Assembly (NCBI GenBank): GCA_945883905.1
Contig: CAMCYL010000006.1
Coordinates: 1 to 58,588 of the forward strand
Length of the DNA: 58,588 nucleotides
From: Akkermansia muciniphila
GTDB taxonomy: Bacteria > Verrucomicrobiota > Verrucomicrobiia > Methylacidiphilales > CAMAQI01
Direction: 5' to 3'
Below are positions 10,811 through 20,229 of the stretch, piece by piece; positions within the stretch are counted from its first letter, which is position 1, and the number at the start of each line of letters is the position of its first letter. Position numbers and translations under genes: made by a program. The notes beneath the pieces are model-generated. The model worked only from the letters and a program-made list of their open reading frames with translations. It had not been told where the DNA came from and ran no database searches.

Positions 10811-12072
10811 TTTTCTTCCCTTTGTCTTTCAATCACCGCTCCCACCGAGCGTAATTTCTCATCTATTTTTTCATATCCACGATCAATATGATAAACCCGA
10901 TTCACCGTGGTGACCCCTTTCGCCACCAACCCCGCAAGGACCAGAGCGGCTGAAGCACGTAAATCGGAAGCCATCACCGGAGCTCCTCCCAAATGATCAA
11001 CCCCATGAATAATCGCAGTACTGCCCTCAAGATCGATTTTCGCTCCCATCCGTTTAAGCTCACTTAAATGCATGTATCGATTTGGAAAAACTTTTTCTGC
11101 GATGACGCTGATCCCAGGTACCACACTCATCAAGGCACAAAATTGAGCCTGCATATCCGTTGGAAAACCGGGATAGGTTTCGGTGATCACTTCAATAGAT
11201 TTTAAAGAACCTTTAGCACGAATCTGCATCTCCGTTCCCTCCACTAAAATCTCAGCTCCCGCCTGTTTTAAGGAGTGAATCACCGCACCCAGATGCTCAT
11301 GAGTAAGGTGGGTCAATCGCAAATCACCCCCAGAAATTAAAGCCCCTACCATGAATGTTCCCGCTTCAATTCGATCCGGAATCACATGATGCTCAACTCC
11401 ACGAAGGGATTTAACCCCTTCAATTTCAATTCGACGGGTTCCCTGACCTTGTATTTTGGCTCCCATCTTGATTAAAAAATCGGCAAGATCACGAACTTCA
11501 GGCTCACAGGCGGCACTTTCAATGATCGTTTTCCCTTTTGCACGTGTCGCGGCCATCATGATATTATCAGTCCCTAACACCGTTGATCCGAACTTACCGC
11601 CCAAAAAAACCTCGGCACCGATTAACTCTGGAGCCGAAGCGATCACGTTTCCCTCCTCCACCTCAATTTGTGCCCCTAAAGCCTCAAGTCCCTTCAAATG
11701 AAGATCAATCGGACGATCTCCAATCACGCATCCTCCGGGGAGAGAAATTGTCGCTCGGCCTAATCGAGCCAACAACGGTCCCAAGACACAAATCGAAGCG
11801 CGCATCTTACGAACAAGATCATAGGAAGTTTCGGAATGAATATCGGCCGCACAGACACGTACAATTCCATTTTCAAAGGTCACCTCTGCGCCTAAATGCT
11901 GCAAAATCTGCAACATGTAACGAATGTCACTTAAATTTGGCACATTATGAATAATACATGGATCAGGAGTTAACAGAGTTGCAGCCAATATCGGTAAAGC
12001 CGAATTTTTAGAACCGCTGATTCTTAATGTCCCACGAAGTGGGTTTCCCCCATGTACCACAAATTTATCCAT
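10807..12072 (-). CDS. murA: UDP-N-acetylglucosamine 1-carboxyvinyltransferase
   Basis: [46 protein letters not shown]. Confidence 0.97.
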   Translation of the reverse strand: MDKFVVHGGNPLRGTLRISGSKNSALPILAATLLTPDPCIIHNVPNLSDIRYMLQILQHLGAEVTFENGIVRVCAADIHSETSYDLVRKMRASICVLGPLLARLGRATISLPGGCVIGDRPIDLHLKGLEALGAQIEVEEGNVIASAPELIGAEVFLGGKFGSTVLGTDNIMMAATRAKGKTIIESAACEPEVRDLADFLIKMGAKIQGQGTRRIEIEGVKSLRGVEHHVIPDRIEAGTFMVGALISGGDLRLTHLTHEHLGAVIHSLKQAGAEILVEGTEMQIRAKGSLKSIEVITETYPGFPTDMQAQFCALMSVVPGISVIAEKVFPNRYMHLSELKRMGAKIDLEGSTAIIHGVDHLGGAPVMASDLRASAALVLAGLVAKGVTTVNRVYHIDRGYEKIDEKLRSVGAVIERQREEK

Positions 12073-12229
12073 ACGCCTCTTATATCACACGGGGTTCACC
12101 ACTTTAACAAGACGGAAATCAAATCGACTTTCAGAAAAGTTTATTGATCGGGTGGGCTTAATATTTCTTTGCATTTTTCAGATGATAGGTTATGTTAAAT
12201 CATTACAAAAGAAAGGGGGTGAAATCAAA

Positions 12230-12415
12230 ATGATCAAAAATATTACTTCACGTATCAAATCCTTAGTTCCTCGTAACAAAAAAGGGCAAACTCTTGTTGA
12301 ATATGCATTAATTCTTGCATTTATCTCGATTGTCGCAATCGTCGTTCTACAAGCAGTTGGAACTCAAGTTAAGAGTAAATTCTCTCAAATTAGCTCAGCA
12401 CTCTCTGCTAGCTAA
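12230..12415 (+). CDS. flp: Flp/Tad (type IVb) prepilin 1
   Basis: KKG|QTLVEYALI prepilin cleavage site and Flp EY motif, hydrophobic helix; SD GGGGGTG before ATG 12230. Confidence 0.9.
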   Translation: MIKNITSRIKSLVPRNKKGQTLVEYALILAFISIVAIVVLQAVGTQVKSKFSQISSALSAS

Positions 12416-12430
12416 TATCAGACTTATTAT

Positions 12431-12466
12431 AAAACCACAGAGGATTTACCCCTCTGTGGTTTTTTT
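12431..12466 (+). terminator. Rho-independent terminator after flp1
   Basis: AAAACCACAGAGG-ATTTACC-CCTCTGTGGTTTT followed by T run. Confidence 0.85.
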
Positions 12467-12496
12467 ATTTTAAAAAGTAAAAGGAGGTGATATTTA

Positions 12497-12679
12497 ATGA
12501 TTAAAACTGTATTTTTAAAATTAAAATGCCTCTCTATGAATAAAAAAGGACAAACCTTAGTCGAATACGCATTAATTCTAGCGTTTATTGCAATCGTGGC
12601 AGTCGTTGTTCTTCAATCTCTCGGAACTCAATTAAAGAGCAAATTCTCTCAAATAAGCTCTGGGCTACAAGCCTCGTAG
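12497..12679 (+). CDS. flp: Flp/Tad (type IVb) prepilin 2
   Basis: KKG|QTLVEYALILAF; SD AGGAGGTG; near-paralog of flp1. Confidence 0.9.
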   Translation: MIKTVFLKLKCLSMNKKGQTLVEYALILAFIAIVAVVVLQSLGTQLKSKFSQISSGLQAS

Positions 12680-12708
12680 TTCCTATTTCTCGATCCTTAT
12701 TCCTATCT

Positions 12709-12746
12709 AAAAAACCACAGAGAATTTAGATCTCTGTGGTTTTTTT
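12709..12746 (+). terminator. Rho-independent (likely bidirectional) terminator after flp2
   Basis: AAAAAACCACAGAGA-ATTTAGA-TCTCTGTGGTTTTTT; lies between convergent genes. Confidence 0.85.
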
Positions 12747-12783
12747 ATACCCAGCAAGAAAAAAACAATGGCTGGATTTAGGT

Positions 12784-13317
12784 TTATTTCAAAATAGACT
12801 CAATCTCATTCGAGAGCTCTTCCGCAGAGGGGAGATGATGGGTCCCTAACCCTAATCCAAGGCAATACTCCTTTAAAAAAGGATCTGATGTGATTTTCTG
12901 GATAATCTTTTTTTGAGCCCCTGCATAAATTTGTTGAACTCTTTGTTTGCTGATCCCAAAAAGAGTCCCCATTAATCCAAAAGAAATCGGAATGTCCGTT
13001 GCAAGATGGGTTGCCGTTAAACAAATTCCTCTAGCGAAATAAAGACATCCTCTGTTTTCAATTTCAGTACTCTTCTCCCCGCAATCTTTGGTCTCGATAC
13101 AAAGACAAAGTCTTTGATCCCCTAAAAAATCACCAGGGGCTACCTCCATACCAAAAAGATAAAGGAGCTCTTGATTCCACCGTTTTTGAAGATTTTTAGG
13201 CCATTCAGCAATCGGTTTTTTAAGATAAATCCAACGTCCTTCAGACTCGAACATAGGAACTTTTTCAGTCGGCTTTCGATCTGAAAAACCAATCCACTCT
13301 CCTAGGTTCTCACTCAC
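12784..13317 (-). CDS. Hypothetical protein with C-terminal sigma-70 region-4-like HTH
   Basis: ISFGLMGTLFGISKQRVQQIYAGAQKKI resembles the sigma-4 HTH consensus (TLEEIG..FGISRERVRQIE..AL.KL); Cys cluster upstream. Confidence 0.55.
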   Translation of the reverse strand: MSENLGEWIGFSDRKPTEKVPMFESEGRWIYLKKPIAEWPKNLQKRWNQELLYLFGMEVAPGDFLGDQRLCLCIETKDCGEKSTEIENRGCLYFARGICLTATHLATDIPISFGLMGTLFGISKQRVQQIYAGAQKKIIQKITSDPFLKEYCLGLGLGTHHLPSAEELSNEIESILK

Positions 13318-13684
13318 CTTTTCCCCCTTGAGTGAAATTTCTTCGTTTGCTTAAATTTAAAAGGGTTTCAAATGACTTCTGACTCCGCTCCAAGTAATGA
13401 GAAACTGAATCCGTAGTGGCGATCTCCTTTGGTTGGAGAAGCTTTGCCGTCAACGTCTGTTTTAAAAGCTCTCGGTCAGAATGATTTAATGCGGCCCCTA
13501 ATCGCGATTCATAAATCGAGATAGACTCCTCAACTCTTTTTTGAATCGACTGTAACCCCTGAGCAATCTGCCTTTCCTCACCCTCAAAATTCAGGGGATC
13601 TATCGGAATCCGTGAAAGATTCATCAAAAGAGAGGCAACATCCTCTGACGTAAAGGGCTTTCCTCGGGGATTGAGATAATCCAT
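13310..13684 (-). CDS. Hypothetical helical protein
   Basis: 124-aa ORF tightly packed between rsfS and the HTH gene on the same strand. Confidence 0.6.
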   Translation of the reverse strand: MDYLNPRGKPFTSEDVASLLMNLSRIPIDPLNFEGEERQIAQGLQSIQKRVEESISIYESRLGAALNHSDRELLKQTLTAKLLQPKEIATTDSVSHYLERSQKSFETLLNLSKRRNFTQGGKGE

Positions 13685-13699
13685 ATCTCAAATACTCTA

Positions 13700-14050
13700 C
13701 TAAAGTTTTAAACGAGGAGCGTCTTTCCAAAGACTCTCTAATCCGTAAAATCCTCGGCGTTCTTGTAAAAAGAGATGGACCATAACATCCCCATAATCAA
13801 CGACGATCCATTTACTCGCAGGAAATCCATCGATTCTTGGATTACGATCAAGAACCTCTCGTACCTCTTTTTCAAGATAGTTAGCAATCGCCTTAAGCTG
13901 CGGCTCTGACTCAGCAGAAATAATCACAAAAAAATAAGTCGGTCCTTCAATCTTTCGTAAATCGAGAACAACAGGGTCCACTGCTTTTTTATCTTCTGCC
14001 AATTTTGCACAAAGTTTTGCGAGTTTCAAAGAGTCTAAAGTAGATGACAT
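13700..14050 (-). CDS. rsfS: Ribosome silencing factor
   Basis: DKKAVD, WIVVDYGDVMVHLF, RGFYGLESLW; start ATG 14050. Confidence 0.93.
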   Translation of the reverse strand: MSSTLDSLKLAKLCAKLAEDKKAVDPVVLDLRKIEGPTYFFVIISAESEPQLKAIANYLEKEVREVLDRNPRIDGFPASKWIVVDYGDVMVHLFLQERRGFYGLESLWKDAPRLKL

Positions 14051-14103
14051 ACGGTTTGACCTCTTGATTAACACTGAATTAAGGAAGGAAAAGAGAAATC
14101 GAC

Positions 14104-15285
14104 TTAGATTTCATAAAAAAGGACAACAGAAACAGAGTAGCCGTGGGCATAGCTTCTCTCCCCAACGGGTCCAATCTCTCCGTTTCCAAAAAATCCGGCC
14201 AGTGAAATCCCTGGAAAGATCTGATCCACCATCTGTGCATCATGGTGGGGTGACTTAAATAACTTCTCTCCTCTCCCAGTGCAGGTGCAGATCAATGCGC
14301 CAAAAGGAGTGCACCCCCCCAAGTCCTCCTCTGCTTTCGTGAGGAGATGACGAAAATCATCTGAGGCTGTTTGAGCATCTCTCAATTGGTACTGAAGGGT
14401 TTGTCCTACACGTGGAAAGGCTCCGATCGAAACGGCACCAGTTTTGGGATCTGCCCCAAAAATATTTCTGATTAGAAAATCTCCACTCTTAAACTCCTCC
14501 ACATACTCGCTCATTGCGAGTCCTGCAAAAATATGACCTTGAGCGATTTTTTTATCGGCCTTCGGAAGTTCCTCATAAACGGTATTTAAAACCTCAAGAG
14601 CCGGTCGTGAGCCTAAGGAGTAGAGTATATTTTCATTCACTTTCGTAATCGTCAACGGCTCACCGATTGGACGACATCCTTGAGAAACCAAACATTGAAC
14701 CCCAAAATCTCCATCCAATGCCAAAGCAATCGCTCCTGAAATTACCTTATCATTATGAAAAACAGTCGCCTTCTGCTCTTGCGGATCACCACTGGCTAAT
14801 CCCCCAAACAGCGGAACTCCAGGATAAGCCTGTCCCCATTCCTCCAGCCAATCTTCGATCGGAAATTGGAAAGGATTGATCAACGTCATCCATAATTTTA
14901 CCTCCTCAGGATTCACTTTTGCCCATTGAGCCCATGTCTTCGGTTGATCTATTTTCTGAAAACAATCGGCCTCAATTTCAATGGGAATTACGCTAACCCC
15001 TGGCATCGAAAAAAACATCATCGAAAAGCCAGGAACCCCCTCGATCTCTGCGGTTCTTCCCACAAGCCCCCACGCTGAAGCTCCAATCAGAACAGGGACA
15101 TGTCCATGCACTCGTATTACCTCAATAAAATCGTGCAGGTGATCCATATAATGGGGGGTCGCAAAAACAACTGCAAAGGTCGGGTTTTGACCTAGTTCGG
15201 TTCGTAACATGGCGGCTGCTTTTTGAACGATCGATTCCTGATAATATCCGGTTACGATCGTACTCGCTGAAGAAAAACGATTCAT
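14104..15285 (-). CDS. FIST N/C-domain signal transduction protein
   Basis: FGGLASG, VSQGCRPIGEP, CTGRG, GFFGNGEIGP; start placed at ATG 15285 (MNRFSS). Confidence 0.9.
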   Translation of the reverse strand: MNRFSSASTIVTGYYQESIVQKAAAMLRTELGQNPTFAVVFATPHYMDHLHDFIEVIRVHGHVPVLIGASAWGLVGRTAEIEGVPGFSMMFFSMPGVSVIPIEIEADCFQKIDQPKTWAQWAKVNPEEVKLWMTLINPFQFPIEDWLEEWGQAYPGVPLFGGLASGDPQEQKATVFHNDKVISGAIALALDGDFGVQCLVSQGCRPIGEPLTITKVNENILYSLGSRPALEVLNTVYEELPKADKKIAQGHIFAGLAMSEYVEEFKSGDFLIRNIFGADPKTGAVSIGAFPRVGQTLQYQLRDAQTASDDFRHLLTKAEEDLGGCTPFGALICTCTGRGEKLFKSPHHDAQMVDQIFPGISLAGFFGNGEIGPVGERSYAHGYSVSVVLFYEI

Positions 15286-15389
15286 TTGAATGAAACTTAT
15301 AATGCAGAAATTGGAGTTCGTCCAGTGTGACTCATCGAAGTTAAACACTACCGTCCAAAATAAAATTTAATTTCACAGGGGAAATGGTG

Positions 15390-15818
15390 GAGGGGGATTG
15401 AAATCCTAAAGCAGTTCTCGCGCAACGCCGCTACGCCGCCACGTCAGAGGGAGAGGATCGTGAGCTCTTTCCTTTCGGCGCCTCCCGAGAATCTCTCCCG
15501 TTTCTTTGAAAAAAGGATTTTCAAAAAACGATCAAGTTTCTCTGGAGGGGCTCGGTTTAACCTCTCCTCGGAAAGAGCTCACGATCCTCTCAATGGTAAA
15601 TTCTCGGATTATTTTTGTATGAAGGGGGGAAAGTTCTGACCCCAAGAGCGTAAGCGATAGATCCCTGTTTTTAAAAAGGGATCGAAAGCTCGTTTTCGAG
15701 AACTTTTTAAAAATAGGGAGGAGGCTCGAAAGAGCCGTGGTCAGAACGAGGGGGGGGAGTAGGGATTTAACGTCGCGTCGTGGCGTCGTTGCGAGAGACA
15801 GTGTATTTAAGTTTTTTT
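15390..15818. repeat. Dispersed non-coding repeat, copy A (longest), MITE/REPIN-like
   Basis: Highly similar to inverted copy 58188-58512 and partial inverted copy 56220-56331; outer imperfect IR 15416-15444/15770-15798 (24/29); inner perfect 22-bp IR 15451-15472/15570-15591. Confidence 0.9.
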
Positions 15819-15928
15819 TAGCTGGACACTAATGGAACGCAGAGAGGGAGTGAGATCTATTTTTCTGATTTCGCAGACTTCCTTAGAGATTTCTTAATCT
15901 TCCTTACGGAAGGATCTAGAACCGAAAA

Positions 15929-16750
15929 TTAAGAAGTCAGCGACTCTTCGACTCTCTTGGATACAAAAACCCCATCCCCTCTTTCGTTTGAATCTAAACG
16001 ATGTAATGAACGAAGGGCCTTCTTCCAACTCCCAAAAAAACGCGGCTTACAGATCGCCGAAAAAAGCGCAGAATTAATCGCCTTCATCTCGCTCCCCTTC
16101 ATCTTTGGATTGGCCTGAATGAACGGTCTAATTTGATCTAAAATCGATTCATGCGTCCAACGTTGTCGACGGCGAACTGTAGAATAATCAATGCCCGCAT
16201 CACTCACCGCTTTCTCCCACGTTCCAAAACGTCGGCGCGCCGTTGCAATGAGGGTATTCGAAGAATCATCCATCCTCTTTGAACTCAGATCCACGCCCCG
16301 AGCGTGTAACATCTTAATTTCATCGATAATGATCTGATCATCCCATGAACGATAGCGATAGATCTCTTGTGTCGGTAGCCCCGCCGACTCCAACGCCTTT
16401 CTCCAAGATCCAAAATGTTGAGCTCGAATCGCCGCATAAACCGTCGGTGCATATTGACTTAAAGAGAGGGATCGAAAGGAGAGATCAACTCCCTCACGAT
16501 AAAGTTTTTGAATCGTCTCAACGATCTTCTCGTTGGACCACTTATTGTATCGTCTCACCTCGTCATAAGAAAAACCGGACTCCTTCACCGCCTCTTTCCA
16601 TCCCCCAAAATAACGCATTCCCGCAGCCAACAACTCTTGATAAGTTTTTCGAATGTGATGCGAATACAACGGTTCCCCTTCACTATGAAGTCGTTGTATT
16701 TCTTGTGTGATAATTTCTTTCGACCAATTGAGGTTTTTTCGATTTTTCAT
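15929..16750 (-). CDS. Protein of four tandem ~63-aa repeats resembling the homing-endonuclease-associated repeat
   Basis: Repeats W(S/D/T)xxxI...FG(G/S/T)W..A..(G): RYFGGWKEAV, QHFGSWRKAL, RRFGTWEKAV, RFFGSWKKAL. Confidence 0.75.
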   Translation of the reverse strand: MKNRKNLNWSKEIITQEIQRLHSEGEPLYSHHIRKTYQELLAAGMRYFGGWKEAVKESGFSYDEVRRYNKWSNEKIVETIQKLYREGVDLSFRSLSLSQYAPTVYAAIRAQHFGSWRKALESAGLPTQEIYRYRSWDDQIIIDEIKMLHARGVDLSSKRMDDSSNTLIATARRRFGTWEKAVSDAGIDYSTVRRRQRWTHESILDQIRPFIQANPKMKGSEMKAINSALFSAICKPRFFGSWKKALRSLHRLDSNERGDGVFVSKRVEESLTS

Positions 16751-16902
16751 AGTTATTTTTTCTGTTAGGCGATAGGAACTATTAGCGCCTATTTTAAGAT
16801 TGTCAAATGGCAGTCTTGTGAATTTTTTTTCTTAATGGTAAAAAAAGGCAATTACACTCTATTTATAAAATCTCAAGATCCTTAAAAAAAAGGACTTACA
16901 GC

Positions 16903-17859
16903 TTATTTTAAAAATATTCGATCCAATACCTTTAAAGTCGTGATTTCCTTCATACAAGCCATCGAAATCGCTTGATAACACTCTCTTTTAAGACAAGGAG
17001 AACAAGCCACAGAGGATTGTATCACCTCAACCTTTTCTCCCACGGGGGCTGTTTTTCTGGGGTCAGTGGCTCCAAACAAGCTGATCGTCCTAACCCCCAA
17101 AGCGGCCGCTAAATGAGCTGGTCCGGAGTCCGTACTCAAAACAAGTCGACTCTCTTTTAAAACTTTCATACTTTGTTTTAAGTCCAATTGTCCACGAAGA
17201 TCGATAACATTCTCCCCTTCACAAGGAAACCACGGTCCATTTCCAATGAAGACGCACGGTTCGGGCAGTAATTTTCGTGCTAACTCCTCATAGTTGCGCC
17301 AAGGCCATAACTTACTTTTCCATCGCGTATAGGGATGAAACACAAGATAGGAGGAACAATGCTGAAGGACGTTTGGAAGCTCAACAGAGGTCTGTAATCG
17401 AAACAACAAAGGATCGTAGACAATTTTCAAATGATCCAAGACCTGCAAATATCGCGCAGCCGCATGAACAGCCGAATCCTGTACCACTTCGTTATAAAAA
17501 AACCGAGCTCCCTCTCGGGCCGAGGCTAAACCAATTTTTCGTTTCGCCCCAGCCAACCAAGTCAAAGCCCCACTCCGAAACAACCCCTGAAGATCGATAC
17601 TCATATCATATTTATTTTCCCGAAACCATCGCCAAAGGGGAAGAAGATCTTCTCCTCCTAACGACCAAGAAAGTTGCGGTTTTTGAATCGAAAGAATATG
17701 ATCAATATCCGGATGTCCCTCCAACAACTCGCCGTAAGGACTAAAAACAAGCCAATCAATTTGCGCCTCCGGATAATGTCGTCGTAAATGACAGAGAACA
17801 GGCAGGGCTTGAACAACATCACCCAAAGAACTGGGCTTGATGAGAAGAATTTTCATCAA
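16903..17859 (-). CDS. GT9 LPS heptosyltransferase (WaaC/WaaF-like)
   Basis: IKPSSLGDVV, IDLQGLFRS, STDSGPAHLAAALG, LFGATDP. Confidence 0.9.
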   Translation of the reverse strand: MMKILLIKPSSLGDVVQALPVLCHLRRHYPEAQIDWLVFSPYGELLEGHPDIDHILSIQKPQLSWSLGGEDLLPLWRWFRENKYDMSIDLQGLFRSGALTWLAGAKRKIGLASAREGARFFYNEVVQDSAVHAAARYLQVLDHLKIVYDPLLFRLQTSVELPNVLQHCSSYLVFHPYTRWKSKLWPWRNYEELARKLLPEPCVFIGNGPWFPCEGENVIDLRGQLDLKQSMKVLKESRLVLSTDSGPAHLAAALGVRTISLFGATDPRKTAPVGEKVEVIQSSVACSPCLKRECYQAISMACMKEITTLKVLDRIFLK

Positions 17860-18581
17860 GTCGCACTCGCAAGCCGCTCCGCAAGACGGGGAGGAAGACC
17901 TGCCATCAAGATTTTATTTTGAGCTCGAGCAAGATCATAAGGAAGACGACGCAATTCAATAGAATGATCCTCGGTATCGTAAACGACATAGGCAGCGCGC
18001 CAATCCCCATCTCGAGGCTGCCCTACGCTCCCCACATTGATGAAATATTTGCGCTCTGGCTCGAGTTTGAATTTTCGATAACTAAATTCAGAAACCTGAT
18101 CTTTCTCTAAGATGTAAACCCGTGGGACATGCGTATGCCCATAAAAACAAAGATTCGTCTTTTGATGCTTAAAACTCGCATAGGCATCTTCGGTCTGAAA
18201 AATATAATTCCACCCATTGGGACGTTCCAAGGTCGCATGGACAATGGTAAAATCTTGGATCGGGCGATGATACGGCAGGGCTCTTAAGAAATCTTTTCCC
18301 TCTTTTGTTAACTGTGACCGCGTATAATCCATCGATACTTGAGCAAGATCATTAAAATGACTGGTATCAGAGGTTTCACAAGCCTCCTCATCATGATTTC
18401 CTTTAACGATTGGACATCCTAACGCCTTGACGATCTCCAAACACTCTCGCGGATTCGCATTATAACCAACAACATCCCCAATGCACAAGGTATGGGTCAC
18501 GCCAGTCGTCTGCATGTCCTCTAACACAGCCTCAAAGGCCTCTAAATTACTATGGATATCTCCAAAAATCCCGTATCTCAT
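17856..18581 (-). CDS. Metallophosphoesterase (calcineurin-like, YfcE/MJ0912 type)
   Basis: GDIHSN, GDVVGY, GNHD, GHTH, NVGSVGQPRDGD. Confidence 0.9.
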   Translation of the reverse strand: MRYGIFGDIHSNLEAFEAVLEDMQTTGVTHTLCIGDVVGYNANPRECLEIVKALGCPIVKGNHDEEACETSDTSHFNDLAQVSMDYTRSQLTKEGKDFLRALPYHRPIQDFTIVHATLERPNGWNYIFQTEDAYASFKHQKTNLCFYGHTHVPRVYILEKDQVSEFSYRKFKLEPERKYFINVGSVGQPRDGDWRAAYVVYDTEDHSIELRRLPYDLARAQNKILMAGLPPRLAERLASAT

Positions 18582-18637
18582 TTTTACCAGTCAACCGTTT
18601 CCATAAAAAAATTCCAAAAGGTTCTCTGAAACTCTTT

Positions 18638-19369
18638 TCAGGGAAGCGGCTTTAGGGGAGAAATCATAGAGTCTTTTTCTAGTTTAAGCAATCGTTTCTC
18701 AATGAGGGTCCGATCCGCCGGATTTGAACTCCTCTCAAGCAGATCGTTCCAATACTCAAGTGCCCTCGCTCGATCTCCTTGCTTTTCAAGCGCATAGCCC
18801 GCCAATCGCGCCACATAACCTGGAGCCCCCTCAAGGTGAGAGGCCCTTAAAAAACAATCATAGGCAGCACCAAAGTCGTGCCGTCGCTCCTGATGCAATA
18901 ATCCTAATTGCAACCAAATCTTGAAATGATTCGGATGATAACGGACCCCCTCCTCCAATAAACTCCTTCCCTGTTCAATCCAATAAAGCTCCCGTTCATG
19001 TCGCTTCTCCATTTGACTCTCCAACCGATTATTCCGCTCCCCCAAAGAGGCATTCCAAGCCAAATGCCATGCCCCAATATCCCAAAATAAAAGAGATTCA
19101 GGCTGCATTCGTACCGCCATCCGAATGTTTTCATGAAGTCGACTCCATTGTCGACTCTCCCACGAGGTCGTCACTCTCAACCAAGCCAAATCAGCAACGA
19201 CCGGACGCCACCCTCCTAATACCCCGCAAATCAATTGCTGTTCAAACCGATTCCCCCACGATAAAGAGGTCTTATTTTCTGGAGAGAGATTCATTCCCTC
19301 ATAAAACAACTTTCCCCCGCCCCCCCATACGATCATCAAAATCAAAAGTACCCTCTTCATAGGTCTCAT
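18638..19369 (-). CDS. Exported TPR-like protein (PilG-like accessory of ABC system)
   Basis: N-terminal hydrophobic segment, VADLAWLR motif, TPR-like helices; ATGA overlap with permease. Confidence 0.6.
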   Translation of the reverse strand: MRPMKRVLLILMIVWGGGGKLFYEGMNLSPENKTSLSWGNRFEQQLICGVLGGWRPVVADLAWLRVTTSWESRQWSRLHENIRMAVRMQPESLLFWDIGAWHLAWNASLGERNNRLESQMEKRHERELYWIEQGRSLLEEGVRYHPNHFKIWLQLGLLHQERRHDFGAAYDCFLRASHLEGAPGYVARLAGYALEKQGDRARALEYWNDLLERSSNPADRTLIEKRLLKLEKDSMISPLKPLP

Positions 19370-20229
19370 CGAAAATCACGCGATTCAAAGAGCCAAGTCG
19401 ATAACCCTAAAATCCAAAATAAATTAAAAAAGGTATACCCAAAGGAAGGAATTAAAGAGCTCAAACCGGGACTCGCCCCCATCAATATCCGATCAGCCCC
19501 CTCATAAAAACTCATGTCCGGCAAGATCACCGTCATGAATCCCACCCCCCACTTCATCCCCACGGAGATTCCTTCCGAGCTCATCATCCACTCCCTTGCC
19601 GTCGATTGAAGATGCCCAATGACATAAATCATCAAGGAGGTAAAAATCGTAAATAAAGAGGAACTCGCAACGGTCGAAAATAAGATCGTAAATCCAACCA
19701 TCAAAATGAGTTTAAAATAAAGAATCAACAGCGCCATTAAAAGTGCCGGATTCCAGATCTGATCTCTCAACCCTTGCAGCTCTTGTGCGGACAACGGATG
19801 GGTCGCATTCCCCACCGCGGCCTCGATGAGCCCCTTTTCCTGCAAGGCAAACAAACCGGCCGAAAGCACCCCTAAAATCAACAATGCAAGGAAAAGAATC
19901 CAACTCATTCCCAATCCTTTAGAAAAAAGATACTCCCATCGATCTATCGGCTTGGCTAAAATCGTAAAAATTGTTTTTTGCTCCAGATCATTGGAGATAC
20001 TTTGAGCCGTCGCGATGATCGCCAAAAAAACGCCGAAAATACTCATTGTTCCATAACAAAAATCACGCGTAAATTTAATCTGCTCCTCAAAAGTTAATGC
20101 GGTAAATAAGGGTAAAGTCAAAAGCGTCAAGACCGCCGGAATTAAAATCAGATAAAGAACATTTTGTCGCAATAATTCTCGAACGATTAATCCAGTCAAG
20201 GTCGCAACCCGAAATCCTAAAGCTCTCAT
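19366..20229 (-). CDS. ABC-2-type transporter permease (PilI-like)
   Basis: DLEQKTIFTILAKPIDRWEYLFSKGLG, six TM segments, C-terminal FESRDF. Confidence 0.85.
   Translation of the reverse strand: MRALGFRVATLTGLIVRELLRQNVLYLILIPAVLTLLTLPLFTALTFEEQIKFTRDFCYGTMSIFGVFLAIIATAQSISNDLEQKTIFTILAKPIDRWEYLFSKGLGMSWILFLALLILGVLSAGLFALQEKGLIEAAVGNATHPLSAQELQGLRDQIWNPALLMALLILYFKLILMVGFTILFSTVASSSLFTIFTSLMIYVIGHLQSTAREWMMSSEGISVGMKWGVGFMTVILPDMSFYEGADRILMGASPGLSSLIPSFGYTFFNLFWILGLSTWLFESRDFR

Noticed and set aside
15384-15410. TGGTGGAGGGGG (and TGGAGCGCC at 23136 and 56186) resembling reverse-complemented tRNA 3' ends
   Set aside because: No TTCGA T-loop at the proper distance and no cloverleaf; these belong to the repeat family
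15390-15818. Possible CRISPR array
   Set aside because: Repeats are inverted and dispersed, not regularly spaced direct repeats with unique spacers; no cas genes
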